From Trichoplax sp. H2 (Eukaryota): a DNA stretch of 64,000 nt. Location: positions 1 through 64,000 of the forward strand of contig NOWV01000241.1 in assembly GCA_003344405.1 (NCBI GenBank). Direction: 5' to 3'. The notes beneath the pieces were generated by a model. It saw only the letters and a program-made list of their open reading frames with translations. It was not told the origin of the DNA and made no database searches. The stretch's first letter is position 1; each line of letters starts with the position of its first letter. This document shows positions 13,156-27,200 of the stretch, one piece after another. Made by a program: the position numbers and the translations under genes.

Positions 13156-16100
13156 TTAATTTGTTGTTAATTCTGTTTTAAGATCCTTAGTCAACATCGA
13201 GTTGAAAACAATTTTTTCACAATTTACCGTAACGGAGCAATTAGTTGAATTACGAAGGTGCAAGGTTACTAAAAGATAGTGATTGCCAGATATAGTTTGC
13301 GCAGCAAAATAACATTTTAAACTATTCTCTTTTTCTTCTATATTGATCACACTACAGCTTAAGACTTTCACTACTCGAGAACATATCGTTTGAGCACTTA
13401 ACGAAGATGATATATTAAAATTATCGGACATTTCATACATCCCGGCTAGTTTACCTGTATTATATGAATAAATGATAAACATATGGTAATACTTAAAAGG
13501 TGAAGAAGAAAAGAACAACATTCAAGATGTATTAATCTTTAATAAATACAAACCTTGCTCTTTTTTGAAACTTTCCGGGCTAATTTTACTAGGTTTGACA
13601 AGTTCTCCCACTACAGCTTTAATGTTAACTGGGCATTTAAATTCTTGTGTACTAAAAAGGTGCATAATCCTGTATCAGCAATTCGAATTGCGAAACCGAA
13701 ATTGCATTAATTTCAATAAACCTTATCGAAAATTTTGCTGCGTGCGTTGTGTCCTTAAAATCAATGCCAATCAGGACGGTTTTTGATGCATTGCTTTCAA
13801 GTGAAGCTATTGACAAATAAATGGGTTAAAATACTATCGAATACTATCGAATGTTTAACTATTTAAATTATCTCCTAAGAGGAGACCAGACAAGCAAGGA
13901 TGACATACAAATTTCGGAGAATTCACGTATGATCATGTCTGCTTGCAGTTTCTATTAAACAAGAATTTAACAATTTGCGTTAGTATTTTCTAAATTGTAA
14001 TACACAATTATAATATAATGACCTTATCTTTAATGCCAATATTACGTATCGCCCTTTGGCTATGGTTTGTGAAAGTTATTTCAACCGAAACAAAATTTGA
14101 TCCATGTAATGAAGGGCTTCGAGTAAATCGGTAAACAGCAGCAAGGCCCTGTCCGCCAGCACTGGTTAAAAGATCAAAAGACTGTCTTGGAAGCGATGAA
14201 GGTACAAAAGATGGCATCTAAAAAAGTGTATAAATTAGATGATTAGAATACACCAAATAAATATGATTCATGGAATCTGGCTGCGATATTAACTGTACGG
14301 TCTAACCGTGGTAGAACGTTCTGGTTTTGAAATAACTTCTGCAGCTGCATAATCTACAGGTGCTAAGATATTACTATCAATTATTGGAGCGTACGATGGG
14401 GCGTTATTTGCAGGTGGTGGTGTATCTAATAGGTGCATTGACATCAATTACTTGTATTAAAAAATAATTACATATCACGTAATGTATACAGTATATTCGA
14501 TATTAGTCTTATAAATTACTCGAATAGTCATCGAATGATAATAATAGTTCATCGGCATTCGGCTGCTTTGGTTTAACTTCTTTGATTTTCTAGATAAGAA
14601 ATAATGCAGCAGTGATATATATCTATACGTCATTGATTTATATATCTTCATTTGCACTAACTTTCTTAGCTTTAGGTTTTTCTTCTTCGACAGAACTACT
14701 AGATTCTTCCGATTCTTCTGATTCTTCCGACGAAGATTCAGACGATGAAGAAGACTCTTCTTCCGATGAGTCATCTTCATCTGATTCTTCATCTGAATCT
14801 GAATCAGATTCCTCTGATTCGCTATCGTCGTCCTCGGATGATTCTGAAATGCATCATTCCAGAATATTGTCAAATAGTGTATAATTTGTATACTCCACAA
14901 AATGATAACTATAAAGCACTCAATATCAGAGATTTATTTAATGTTTCTAACCATCCGAATCTTCTTCACTATCATCATTTGATTCTTCTTCAGAAGACTC
15001 TGTAAAAAGTAGAATATCTTTTATAAATAAACGCAAATCGTATTTTACTATTCATCAATTCTACTACCTTCATCTTCGTTAGATTCCTCTTCTGATTCGG
15101 AATAGAAAGATTCTAACATGCTCGTCATTTTCTTTTTCGATTTACTAGTAATTTTTGGTACCTCTTCCTATAGTTAATACAAAAGATAGTTCAATAACTT
15201 TCATCGATGACAGTATTTGTTTTATAGTAGATTGTTAACCTCTACGTTTCGAACAGTCGGATCAGGGGCTTCTTCAGGGAACGAAGGTAGGTCACTATAT
15301 CCAGATACCTCTTGATCCAGTATATGAGACAACGAGCCCAAGATATATCGATCACGACCTATTCAATAAATAAAGACGTAAGAAAAGGTCCTATGCCTAA
15401 TATTACAATTTACTGATTAAAACTCAAAGTGTTACCGATGAAAGCAGATTTTAGGACAGGGGCAGGCTTTGTTGTAAAGAAAATCTTTTTGGCATATTTG
15501 TGTAACGCTCCTCCCTAGGTGTACGTTAAATATCGGAGATTATAGTTATTTTTTTCCGAAATACCATAAGAACACTAGTAACTAGTATAATTTTTACCTT
15601 TTCAGAAGGCATAATGATTGGTCGTAAGAATCTGACTCTATCTCTTATGTCGTAATTCAGATCATATTTTGCCAAGTTAAAAATGTATTGACAAAGTAAT
15701 TTTGTCTAGAAGAAATGTCGCATGGGTATTAGAAAATTGGCATAATTTATAGTAGATTTTAGAGATTATACACTTCTTGAATAGTGCTAAAGTGTGGTTT
15801 ACCTGTTTATGATTAGTTAAATTTAACTTTGAGGCTAAGTTGATAATTTGCAGCTTTACAATATTTTCCTTCAAGAATTGAGCATAATATGTAAGTATAT
15901 AGCGCTGTCAAACATTTAAGTTATCGAAAATGCAAGACAGTTTAATCTGCAACACATTCTAACGTACCTCTGTCATAAATCCTCTACAAGCGATTCGAAG
16001 TACGTCTGGAGCAATTTTAGGGACTTTATCGCAATACTCACCCATTAACCACATTATACTCGCGCGGGCCATAGGGAACTAAGCAATATCAGAATGATTT

Positions 16101-19100
16101 AATTCCGTTATTCCATGGTTTATCAATCAATTTTATGAATGAAGGTGCTTACTGTAATTCGGTCGATAATTTTAGCCATGTGTTTTATGATTTCTGTATG
16201 TTCAGATGGCTAATTGTAGAAAATGGGTGTTCAATATTGAATCGATAAATTAAACCCAATTACGTAGTATGTTTTAGTCTTACGTTTTGTTGTAATAGCT
16301 TCTTAATAATGACTACACTTTCTCCAACGATTTTTTCTGCAATGGATATCAATTAGTATTCATTCAATTTATCATTGTAACAAGCGAATGTATAGACCAC
16401 GAACATAGTTAAGTTAATACTAACCATCTTTATTTGATAACAGCGACACTAAACCACTTAGGCAGGAATCCGAAACCTCCTTTATGCTCGACGCACAACG
16501 TCCTATAGCTTGCACAGTAGCAACAGCAAATTCTCTATCGTTACCTGTTACGTAAGTCTAAATCGCATTTTACAAGCAAGTAGTAGTTTGTTAGAGTTTA
16601 CGAGATGTACATTGACACAATATATAATATTGATTTACCTGAAATTCTTTTAAAACTGCAGGTATTGTAGATTCAGTTGCAATATTGGTTAGAATTTCCA
16701 ACTGATCAAAGGTAAAATATTTGTTTATACAGTAGGTCAGTGTTGGTTTAATTTTAATGACACATATATGTTAAAAAGTAGGCAAAAGAGTACAGAAGAA
16801 TCTCTTAACCTTTAGTAATTTAACTTGTATAGGGTCTGTAGAGCGCACATAAAAACTTTTAAGGTAAGGTTCAAATAGACCTTTCGAGTTGACTGACATT
16901 GTAGCCATCATGGTTAAAGATATAATTTGTACTTCTCTGTAAAGGTAGTATGTCAGTTACTAATGAGTGAATTACAATAGAATAAACCAAGGTAAATAAG
17001 CAAATAAATCAATCGGACATACTTATGACTCCTCTGGAGACGTACAAGAGGCTTTATTATTGATACCATTTCTAGACGAGGAGCTAAATAATAGTATAAT
17101 TGGGCTACTGCCATTACGACCTAAATATAAATATGTGTATGATTTATTGAAAAATTTTATAAAATTCATTATAAATTGAATGTATATCCGGATTAGTTTC
17201 AGACTATCTTACAGCAGCATTTCTACTCTGAAGTAGAGGTCTAGTTGTTCTAAGGAGCAGTCTATGATCAGCATCCATAAAATAAGGCTTCTTCTTCGGT
17301 TCATTCGCTTCTCCATTTTCACTTTCATCCTTGGCTTCCTCTTCATCATCGTCGTCAGGATAAAAAGGTTCTTCGCCTTCCGTTTCCTAATGTAAGTGTA
17401 GTAATCACATATTCTTCTAAGAATATTTTGGAATATTGGAGTAATCAAATTATGGCATAAATATTTAGTTTTTGGTGTGCTGTACGTTTTGATTGGGGTC
17501 CAGAAACTGTGATCTGGCGTATTTAGTCAGCATGTTGATGACTGTTACTTGTCCCCATTCGTCAATATCCATTACTAAATTACATAGTTTACGATAGTTT
17601 TTGTGAATGAGATCAATGCGTTCCGGACACACTTCTTCGAAAGCCATAACAGCACTTCCAGCAACCAACTAATATTGGTAACAGGATAAATAAGACGTAA
17701 ATTATAACAACGATATCAAAACAATTAATATTTATGCAAAAGACAGGGAACTTACAGTAGTTTTATCCTTTAGTAACTTTTCGATAATTTCAACTAGGGC
17801 ATCTTTGAGCTCAGGATCTAAGCTACTCAAAGAGAAGTCATAAATTATTCGTACTACTGTAAGATCAGTTAGGCTTTCAATGACGCTTGCTTAAGAGACT
17901 ATGTAGCACATTTCAAACCTGTATATTTTCACGATAGCATTGGCAGCAGTTTTTCTTACAAATGGAGATAAATCTGCAGCAGCCTAAAGTAGTAAATGGT
18001 GTATAAATTATGCGTTTGCATAAACTATAGTTATGGTCATATTATAAATGAACGTCAAAATAGATTACCTCTTTTATTGATAAGAGCATAATAGGAACAA
18101 TTACAGGAACTCTAATACTACACAGAACACGAAGGGCACTAGCACGTATCAACTGGTTGGATTCCTATTTAGTAATGATTTAAGAGGAAAGCATAGTTAA
18201 CAGTAGGATACACCACATAGAGTATATACTTTAAGTTCATAATATGCCCAATAGTCGGTCAACAATTATATATCAAACATCCGTCATTAGCAATGGCTAA
18301 AACTAAAACAGGTAAAGTATGGAAGAAGATTCTATTCAACTTTCTAATATTAGCTAGAGTAGTTCTAATTCGAGTTGTAGCGAACAATTGTAATTCCTGA
18401 TGATGATAATATTCAGTACATCGTAACTATTGTACTGTAATGGCAAAACAGGTAATGCATCTCAATAAAAATAAAAGTTGACAAATATAATCTACAATAG
18501 TTTAGTTAAATTCCTTATTGTTAGAACATATTACAGTTGCAGGAACATTCTGATTCAGAAGTATTATAGCGCTGTTGGTTGCAAGCAAACATAATTTCTA
18601 CAATAACATTGTATATCACATGAAAGATACAATTATGATGGTTGAGTAGAAGTTACATTCAATGCTTAACAAACACGTAGTTGAAATGGGAATCGGATAC
18701 CGTAATAAGCTTTATTCTATCTAGTGATGAAATTGCTATCGCTTCATGTGTAAAGGAGTAATTAATAATGGTAATTCTTTTTATTTGGTTTGGAACTTAC
18801 TTTTAATGACTTTTGGAAGGTGCTAACAGATAGCAAAGCAAGATCTTGCTGTTCTTCAGCGTATCGCACTAAATAAACAAATACCAACTTTTTGATCTGT
18901 TGAAAATGGAGAATAATGAATTAAAACCATGAATTGACATTACAGTAGTGTTGATATAGAAGACATTTGCTGCGACATCAGAATTATTAATTCTTCCGTT
19001 AGTTGTAGTGTCAAAAATAACGCAACAACATTACTAGAAAAATGCCCTCAAAATATTGAAAATAATGTATACGCATATATAAAGTACAACATCGTATTGA

Positions 19101-21517
19101 CGCAAAATACTACTCGTATTATATACAATACGATGGTTTCTATCGTAGAAGCAACGAGATTATCTTGTGCCATGTCGCCTACTAAAATGATGTTGATACG
19201 ATAAAACAATGCAAATGATGTGGGCTATTACCAGGAAAGCTCAATAATAACTAAGTCTAGTGATCTGTGTTTATCACACAACGATTTTTTAACAATTTAA
19301 ACTGAATGTAAGAAGATTGTTAACAATACGAGTCTACAGGATCACTGAAAATGTCTGTTGCATGATTATGATAGTTGTTGAATGTTGTCAATTCAAGCGG
19401 CGGAATTATAAAGTGGAGTATCAAAAGTGCATCAATTGAATTTTTTTAGTTTCGGTCTATGCTTAGAATAATTTCTACCTCATCGTATTTACTATAGCAT
19501 GCTTCCACTACATCGTACAGTCGTATTGTGCTTGGACATTTGATAAGACCGTTAGGTAATGCTCAAATATAACACTGTACAGAATTTTCGGTTATTTTAT
19601 ATTCATCCGTGTATATAAAATTTAGAAAATAAGGCTAAAAAATACAACTCTTACCTCATTGTTTTTGGACACCACATTCTTGACTACTGCTGGAAACAAA
19701 CTAGATACATTTCGACCACGAGACATCATCTAGGAAAAGGAGAATAGGCTAACTCAATCCTATGTTACCAAATAATATCACAAGAAATTATCTACTGTAG
19801 TAGTATTCCTTCGAACTTCTTGATATGCATGACTTGTTGAATTCTACTACATGAGGCTAGTTATAGTCGATGTGAGAGTAGGATGAAAGTGTAGCTCGAA
19901 ATGGCGTTCAAATAAATTAATGAATTGATTTCTATTCAACTCATTGAAATGGGCCATTGCAACAGCATCGATCATGTTTAAACTGGTTACTGTCATGTTT
20001 ATAGCCTTAAAGATACAAAGCGAATTACTTGTAAGTTGTTGAATTCTACTACTTGACACTGGATAGGATAGGGATTGGACAGCATGGGTCAAGGTAAAAC
20101 TGCAGTTTTAACAAATCCGTTGATTGATTTCAGTTTTAACTCGTCGCATAGGCCTATAGTGCATCAATCAAGTTGAAAAGGGTGATTTTAGAGCGTTGAA
20201 GATACAAGGGGAATTCGATGGAAGTTGTTGAATTCTACTACTTGACACTGGATAGATTGGACAGCATGAGTCAAGGTAAAACTGCAGTTCCAACAAATCA
20301 GTTGATTGATTTCAGTTCAGTTCATTCAATAGGGTTGCAATGCATTAATCAAGTTGAAAGGGGTTATTTTGTGCGTTGACGATATGAATAGAATTACTTC
20401 TAAGTTGTTGAATTCTACTACTTGACACTGGTTCGATTGGACAGCATGAGTAAACGTAAAACGGCAGTTCTAATAAATCCGATGATTGATTTCAGTTCAG
20501 TTCGTCCAATAGGGTTGGAATGCATTAATCAAGTTGAAAGGGGTTATTTTTGTGCATTAAAGTTACAAGGGGAATTACACGTAAGTTGTTGAATTCTACT
20601 ACTTGACACTGGATAGGATAGGGATTGGACAGTATGAGTCAAGGTAAAACTGCAGTTCCAACAAATCCGTTGATTGATTTCAGTTTTAACTCGTCGCATA
20701 GGCCTACAGTGCATCAATCAAGTTGAAAGGGAGGGTGATTATTGAGTGTTGAAGATACAAGGGGAATTTGATGGAAGTTGTTGAATTCTACTACTTGACC
20801 CTGGATAGATTGGATAGCAGAATGAAAGTAAAGGTAAAACTGCAGCTCCAACAAATCAGTTGATTGCTTTGAGGTGAACTTGTTGAATGAGGGGCAATAG
20901 CATCCATTGGATTTCAACTGGTCATTTTGGTGTGCGTTGATTTCAATTGAAAGCGATCAAATAGGTCAGGGTGTCCTTGCTGCATTACCGTCACAATTCT
21001 CTTCATAGCATCTAATTTCAAGTTGTCCTTATTGCTATCAAGCATTTGTTTTAAATCTTCATGTCTATAAAGAAAAAATAGAAAAAAGGAAATTGACATC
21101 GACTGTTTCAATGGATATTGACAGCGACAAGACTGGGTGAAAACTTCCTCAAGAAGTTCATTTGAAATAATTTTGACAAAGAAGTATCATTTAATAGCAT
21201 TAAAGAGCGCGCTAGCATTGAGTAGAATGAGTTTCATTTTATAAAATCTTCTCCCAAAGCAATTTCAACATAGCATGAAGGAAATGGCTATAAAGCCATT
21301 GGAATCCATCCATCACACTGGCGAAGGGGGGGGGGGATACAATGAACCTGGATCGCTCGTTTAGCGCTGTAGGACTATGCCTTGTACTGTAAACGTTGGC
21401 ATCTTACCTTTTAAAATCGGTACTAAAAATACCACCAGAAGCTGGATCACTCATATCAGCTTCATTGGATAGTTTATCATGGTGATAGTTGGAAGAGCTA
21501 AGAGCTTCGGAAGCCAT
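13156..21517 (-). CDS. AP3B: AP-3 adaptor complex beta subunit (multi-exon)
   Basis: ATG at 21517 (MASEALSS...GIFSTDFKR). Exons encode [73 protein letters not shown], an acidic Ser/Asp/Glu hinge (~14700-15120) and the ear [14 protein letters not shown]. Last exon ends TELTTN-TAA at 13156. Confidence 0.95.
19832..20930. repeat. Tandem ~180-193 bp repeat, 5 clear copies plus a degenerate one, in AP3B intron 2
   Basis: aagttgttgaattctactacttgac recurs at ~20033, 20222, 20402, 20583 and 20775, with shared aaggtaaaactgcag and gttgattgatttcag blocks. Confidence 0.93.
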
Positions 21518-21719
21518 TTTTCCCTTTGAATTGCAGCTTGAAAATGGAAAATTTTCAAAGAAGAAGAGCGGCCAAAGGATGACACAAAGCGAGTCGGCCG
21601 CCACAAAACACGTCACTACTACCGATGGCACGACCGTAATAAAGTCGCTTGCAATCACTTGAGTGACGCGACTTTACGGTCACTCAAGTGATTGCGAGCT
21701 TCAAGCCATGGTCAACTGC

Positions 21720-22040
21720 ATCGACAGTACGTAACGTACAGTTGGACCAGTACGGTACCAGTACGGTACTGTACTGGTCATGAAGCGAAGCGACGGGCGT
21801 TTCGCAACCGCTCCAGTCGTGTCCTGCCTACAGTACTATAGACTGTAAGAGAGGACTGTACTACTGTACAGTACAGTATCACATTAGTCTACAGTACAAT
21901 GTACAAATCCAAGTTTGGGAACTCAACCGACCCACAGTACAGTACTGTACAGTACAGTACAGACCAGACCACCACCATTGCAGTACTGTAGTGTACTGTA
22001 CAATGTACTGTAGATCAGGAAGCCAAACTTACAGTACAGG
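21720..22040. repeat. ACTGT/ACAGT mosaic upstream of AP3B / NT-C2-PH gene
   Basis: Examples: ccagtacggtaccagtacggtactgtactgg, tactgtacagtacagta, cacagtacagtactgtacagtacagtacag. Confidence 0.88.
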
Positions 22041-24201
22041 AAACTAAACTGGAATAACGCAGCACTCCAACAATCACAGCCATTTTGGAATGGTTGTAGC
22101 TATTGCAGCCTTTTTATACCCAATTGGACGTTATTTCTACTTTAAAATACCATTCACCAATGGATACATTAACTACTACATAGCAGTACTGGTTATCATC
22201 GCTAGTAATAAGGTGAAAACTGTAGCTTATGTTCAAAATAGGTATTTCTGAGTCCATCATTTCTCATCCTTGTCTACAGTTGGGACACCTCACCATTAGC
22301 ACTCGAGTTGGTCCCGTGACGACCATGCTACCGGGCCAGTGGTCAAAACTAACAACAGTAAACTGACTAAATGGAAACCTGCTAACAATGTCGGCACACC
22401 GGACAGTCGTCAGGACGGCCTACCGACTCTGTCTGTCTGTCCGTATAATCACCCTCCAACATGTCCGCAAGATCAATCCAAGGCTGAGCTTTTTTCTCTC
22501 TTGTTGATATCTGCTAGTTCTTTCTGTCCTAGTTATCAGCATTCTATCTCGGTCTAGGATAAGGATAATTGACCGATGTACAATGTTGTAGTATAGGATG
22601 GAAACAATATCAATCTAGATTGGATATGACGAGGATAAATGGAATACTTTGCAGCATTCAATCCGTAAAATCAATTCATCGAATGCAGTAAAGGATCTGT
22701 TTTGATATTGCAAGGGTGGATTAAATATTTTACAACATTCAATCCTACCGCGTAAAATTAATTCAATGCAGTAAATTATCCGGTTTCATGCTATCTCTAA
22801 TATATTATCCTGTACGCAGTATAGAGCTTCTCGTTCATCATTCTATGGTGAAGCGATTCGTCGTGTTCTCTTTTTCTACAAGACACATCCATAGCTTCTC
22901 GTTCTTGCTCGGCTACCGCCATAAAACCAACATGCTATACAGTATAATGCTGTACTCTACTCTACGCCGTACTTTTACTATCAGTCCATGGACAATTGCA
23001 CATGCTTGTGTCATCATGTCGACGACAGTAGAAGAAATCGCGCAATGCTTTAAATCATCCTACCCAATTTTTAGCCTCAATCACATTACTGTACAACAGG
23101 AAATTGCATTGACGCATTTTCAACATAAGATTGCTTTCCATGTACAAGAGTTGGATTGCATCTTGAAATGGAATATACTTGGCATGCGATATTGAAATGA
23201 TTGAAAATTACGGGACAAGAATATCCATATTACTAGACTAAGCAAGGTTATAACTTTTGATAGTGCAAATTTTCACAGCAACATGCTACGTCCTTGCACC
23301 AGCTCGACGCATAATAGACCAGAGTTTCTACACGGCACATACCGCCATCGTCAAGTCCTCATTTGACGATATTTTAAAAGTTGAGCCATAAACGCTCATC
23401 CATTCAATTCGTCTATTCTATTAAAACGCACCCGTAAATGCCAGCATCGATTGAGTAATGCCTATTTCGTTATGATAGCAATAATGCAGTCTAACGTTCG
23501 GTATTTTTGTTTTTCTTCAATGAATCTTGTTATTCAATAAATCAATCTATACCTTACTCTGGCTGTAGTATAACACAATCAAAGTCGCCTCCCCTCCCTC
23601 CTCCTAAAACAAAAATTGACGAATTCGGTATTGCAAATTTACATTACGATTATAGAACAAAAGAGATTTTAGGATCAAAATATCCTCATGATATGAAAAG
23701 TATCGCATTGATAGCACAAGAAGCAAATCTTGAACCTACCAAATCACACAGTAAGCGCTCGTGTTGGGGTAGGTAATGGGGAGATATTAATTCGCAATTC
23801 CAATCTGATCTTATGTTGACTTTACGTGTGGGAGGATATAAAATTAGCGCTTAAAAGATAGGAAATACGTATGTCCGATAGCGAGTCCTTTCCGTGTAAT
23901 GACTCATCCTACACATCCTATTCGATGCTTTTCGCATATCGCATGGGTGAGATTGGGATAACACTTGCAGATGTTCTCCCACATTGAACTGACAACAACT
24001 AACTTCATACAGCCCATGATCAAGGCCATGGAGAAATATCATCAATTTTTATTTGCCCTAATAAATTAGAGAAACAGCTTGCTTTTGCTCCTTCCTATAT
24101 TATCAATTATTTAGTTTTACAGTTCTCTTCGCTTGCTTGGTTGACGTTTACTAAAGTGATAGCTATAAATCTTGCGTTGATATTGTTCATTCAAAGCAAA
24201 A

Positions 24202-27200
24202 ATGAGCTTAACCAAGTTGAAAGATAAGATCAGCAACTCCGGAAAAAATTCTGATAAATACAAGATTATCTTCCAATTTGATTTTTTGAACTTTATCACT
24301 TTTGGCCAATGGTAGGCACTCGTCTATACAGACTATACTACAAGATTCAGCTAAGCTTGTACATGTACTTTTAAACGGCGATAGTTGTTGTCCTCTAGAA
24401 TTCAAGCTGCTCATTCTACTGCAATACTATGCTGCAATACTATGCTGTAGTACGATTTGATTTAATGAATAAATTAGTAAATTAAATTATTTACTTATGA
24501 CGAAATCGATAGGGAACCTGATCAGCTCATTTTACGCTTTAAACGAGGCAACATTCAAAAGACAGAGTTAACAGTAAGTTGACAACAGAATGGATTTCAC
24601 TACAGACTGTAACTTCCCTAGCAATAGATAGATGTATTTGCAATTGATCTACTTTTCGCTTACTTGTATGACATTTCAAAGATCTGCAGTATCAACGAGA
24701 TTACTATTTTAATGGATTATACCTCAATAACGCTTGATAGGAAGGGTTTCTTTCTTGTGTGATCAACATTTTCTCTATTTCTTTTAGCCTAATTGGTTGA
24801 CAACTGCTAAAACTAAATATGGCACCATGGGGAAAGTATTATGGCAGAAGCCAACATCAGTGGATTTTATTCTTGGTTTATATCCTGTATGTAAGGAATC
24901 AACTTTGAATATTATTATTTATAATGAATTTAACCTCAAAGACTCAAATAAGTATTTTAAATACTAGAATTCTAAATTATCTTGCGGCTATGACGAAAAA
25001 ATGATTACCATTTCTATAGAAAATGTAAGCAGCTATCGGATAAACTTTAGCATGCTTGATGTTCGAATAAACGGGACATAAATTCGTAATGAGTCATTAT
25101 AATAATTATTAACTATTGCAGAAATTATTCAATGTTAAGTTGACAGATCATTTCTATACATTTTATCACTTAGATCAGTCCTAGCAATAAAAGCACCAAA
25201 CTAGCCGAGTACACTTTCAATCTAGCCGAATTTGTCGGTAAAACAAAGGAGAGGTAAGGCATAGTTTCAATCATTAATATGCTAAAACGATTACATCTTC
25301 ATTTCGATATGCTATAGTAATGAAAATCAATGATAGCTTCTATCATAATTATGACTCTACCGTTCAATGCAAACTTAAAATTGTACATCGAAAAATGAAC
25401 TCGTGTAGTTTTAAATCCGAGTATTTTTATAAATAACTGGCTTCAAAGATCGTCTTGAGCGCTATGGGATATTTCGTAAACAAAATCTAGATAAAATATT
25501 AAATTTCTATTCAGTCAATTATTAGAAATCGATTGTCCAACAGTATCATGGAAAATTGCCTTAGCAAGATTAGGAATTACTATGAAAACAAGTTTAATCA
25601 AAAAAAGTAAATCAAGGTATCAAAATTAGGATTAATGTTAACACTAAAAGGTTATAGGGTATTACTATTACGTTACCTTTTACGTATGGTAAACAAACGC
25701 CAACAACTTTATATATATATGTAATTTTTGCTCTCATATAATTTATGTGCTGTATTTAATCTTCATCATAATGCTTATAATATGAAAGTTATTGATAGGA
25801 CTGCAGAGATTAATCTTTAAAGCAGTTTACGCATATAATGTGCAAATATATTGTTGGTCACGGAATGATTGTCAAGTAATCTATTTTATGAGTACTGAAT
25901 AAACATTTTGCATAGAATAGCGAATAATACTGTAGACATGGATATCATTTCTGATCTTATTTTTTGCCGAATTTTTCATGTCAGGTTGTTGAAAGCCACA
26001 TAGCTTGTAGCGCTTTCATTCCGTCTTAATTTTTGAATACAATTAACACAATGATGGCTATGCATATTTATGTTTTGACGTAGACGTAAACGTAAATTAA
26101 ATTCTGTGCTTTAATTAGTTTAGTTAACTAAGCGAGTATCATAATTTATTACTACAATCATCAAAGTAATAGTTAGTTACTACTTTATGCGTTGATAACT
26201 AGAAGAGATGAAGATATAACCGCAACACCTAGACTAATTGCTTATAATCTGTAAATAATATATAGTAACGATCTTCAAGAAGATTATTTGATAGAAAAAG
26301 GACACGGTTACGAAAACAATAAAGAAAATGAAGACCCCGTTAAACCATCAAAATATTTCAGTAGTAATGAACTCGACATTAATAAAATCCTCCATGTTCA
26401 CGATGAACCTAGCTCAAGCAGCCGCAATAATTCCATGACTGATAGAAATGGCCGGCAATTACATTACTTCAAAACAGCCAGTATATTAATGGAAAAAAAA
26501 TCATTTAAACAAGTAAAAGCTTTGTATATTCGACGATCAAAAACAACAGATATTGATCATTGTAATGGAATTCGAAATTATGCGACTAAAGCTTATAATG
26601 ATGCTTATCTAACTTGTATTAATGTTGATAAGATAAAAATTAATCCAGATTTTACTCCTAAATATCGGGATGCCCCTCTTTCGATCAGCGAAAATCATAT
26701 ATCTATGCAAGTCAGCAAGATCTTTCGTGGCTATTTTGATCATGCTTACCATAGTCTTTGTATTGATTCTTTACCTGTTGGCAGATTTATAACTGCCAGT
26801 TTCTCATCGCAATATTCTAAAATTCACAAAGACAGTTACAATCAGATTGTTGCCAAAAATCGATGGAAAGAGTGCAGTATGAGGCAGTCTACTTTATCGC
26901 ACCCGCATGAATTTGATGTGTTAGGATTTACGATTGCCATGGATGACCAAGATCAAAGTGCTGCATCAAGTTTTGGATCCTCATCACAGATCTACTCAAA
27001 TGGGACTGATGGTCAACAGGGCGATGATGAAGGTGAACCTTGGTGGCCATCAGTCAAAAATTCATCCAAGTTGAATCAATCTGCAGTAGACGAGGATCCG
27101 AGATATTTCGTTTGCGATAGTTCTAACTTACCTATGACCCCTGATCTAGAAATTCAACGACAATCAGTAAGCGCATCTTCAATAAATCAACAGCAGCAAA

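Noticed and set aside
14612..14884. Plus-strand Ser/Asp/Glu-rich ORF
   Set aside because: Antisense shadow of the AP3B acidic hinge exon; TCA/TCT/GAT/GAA codons read similarly on both strands.
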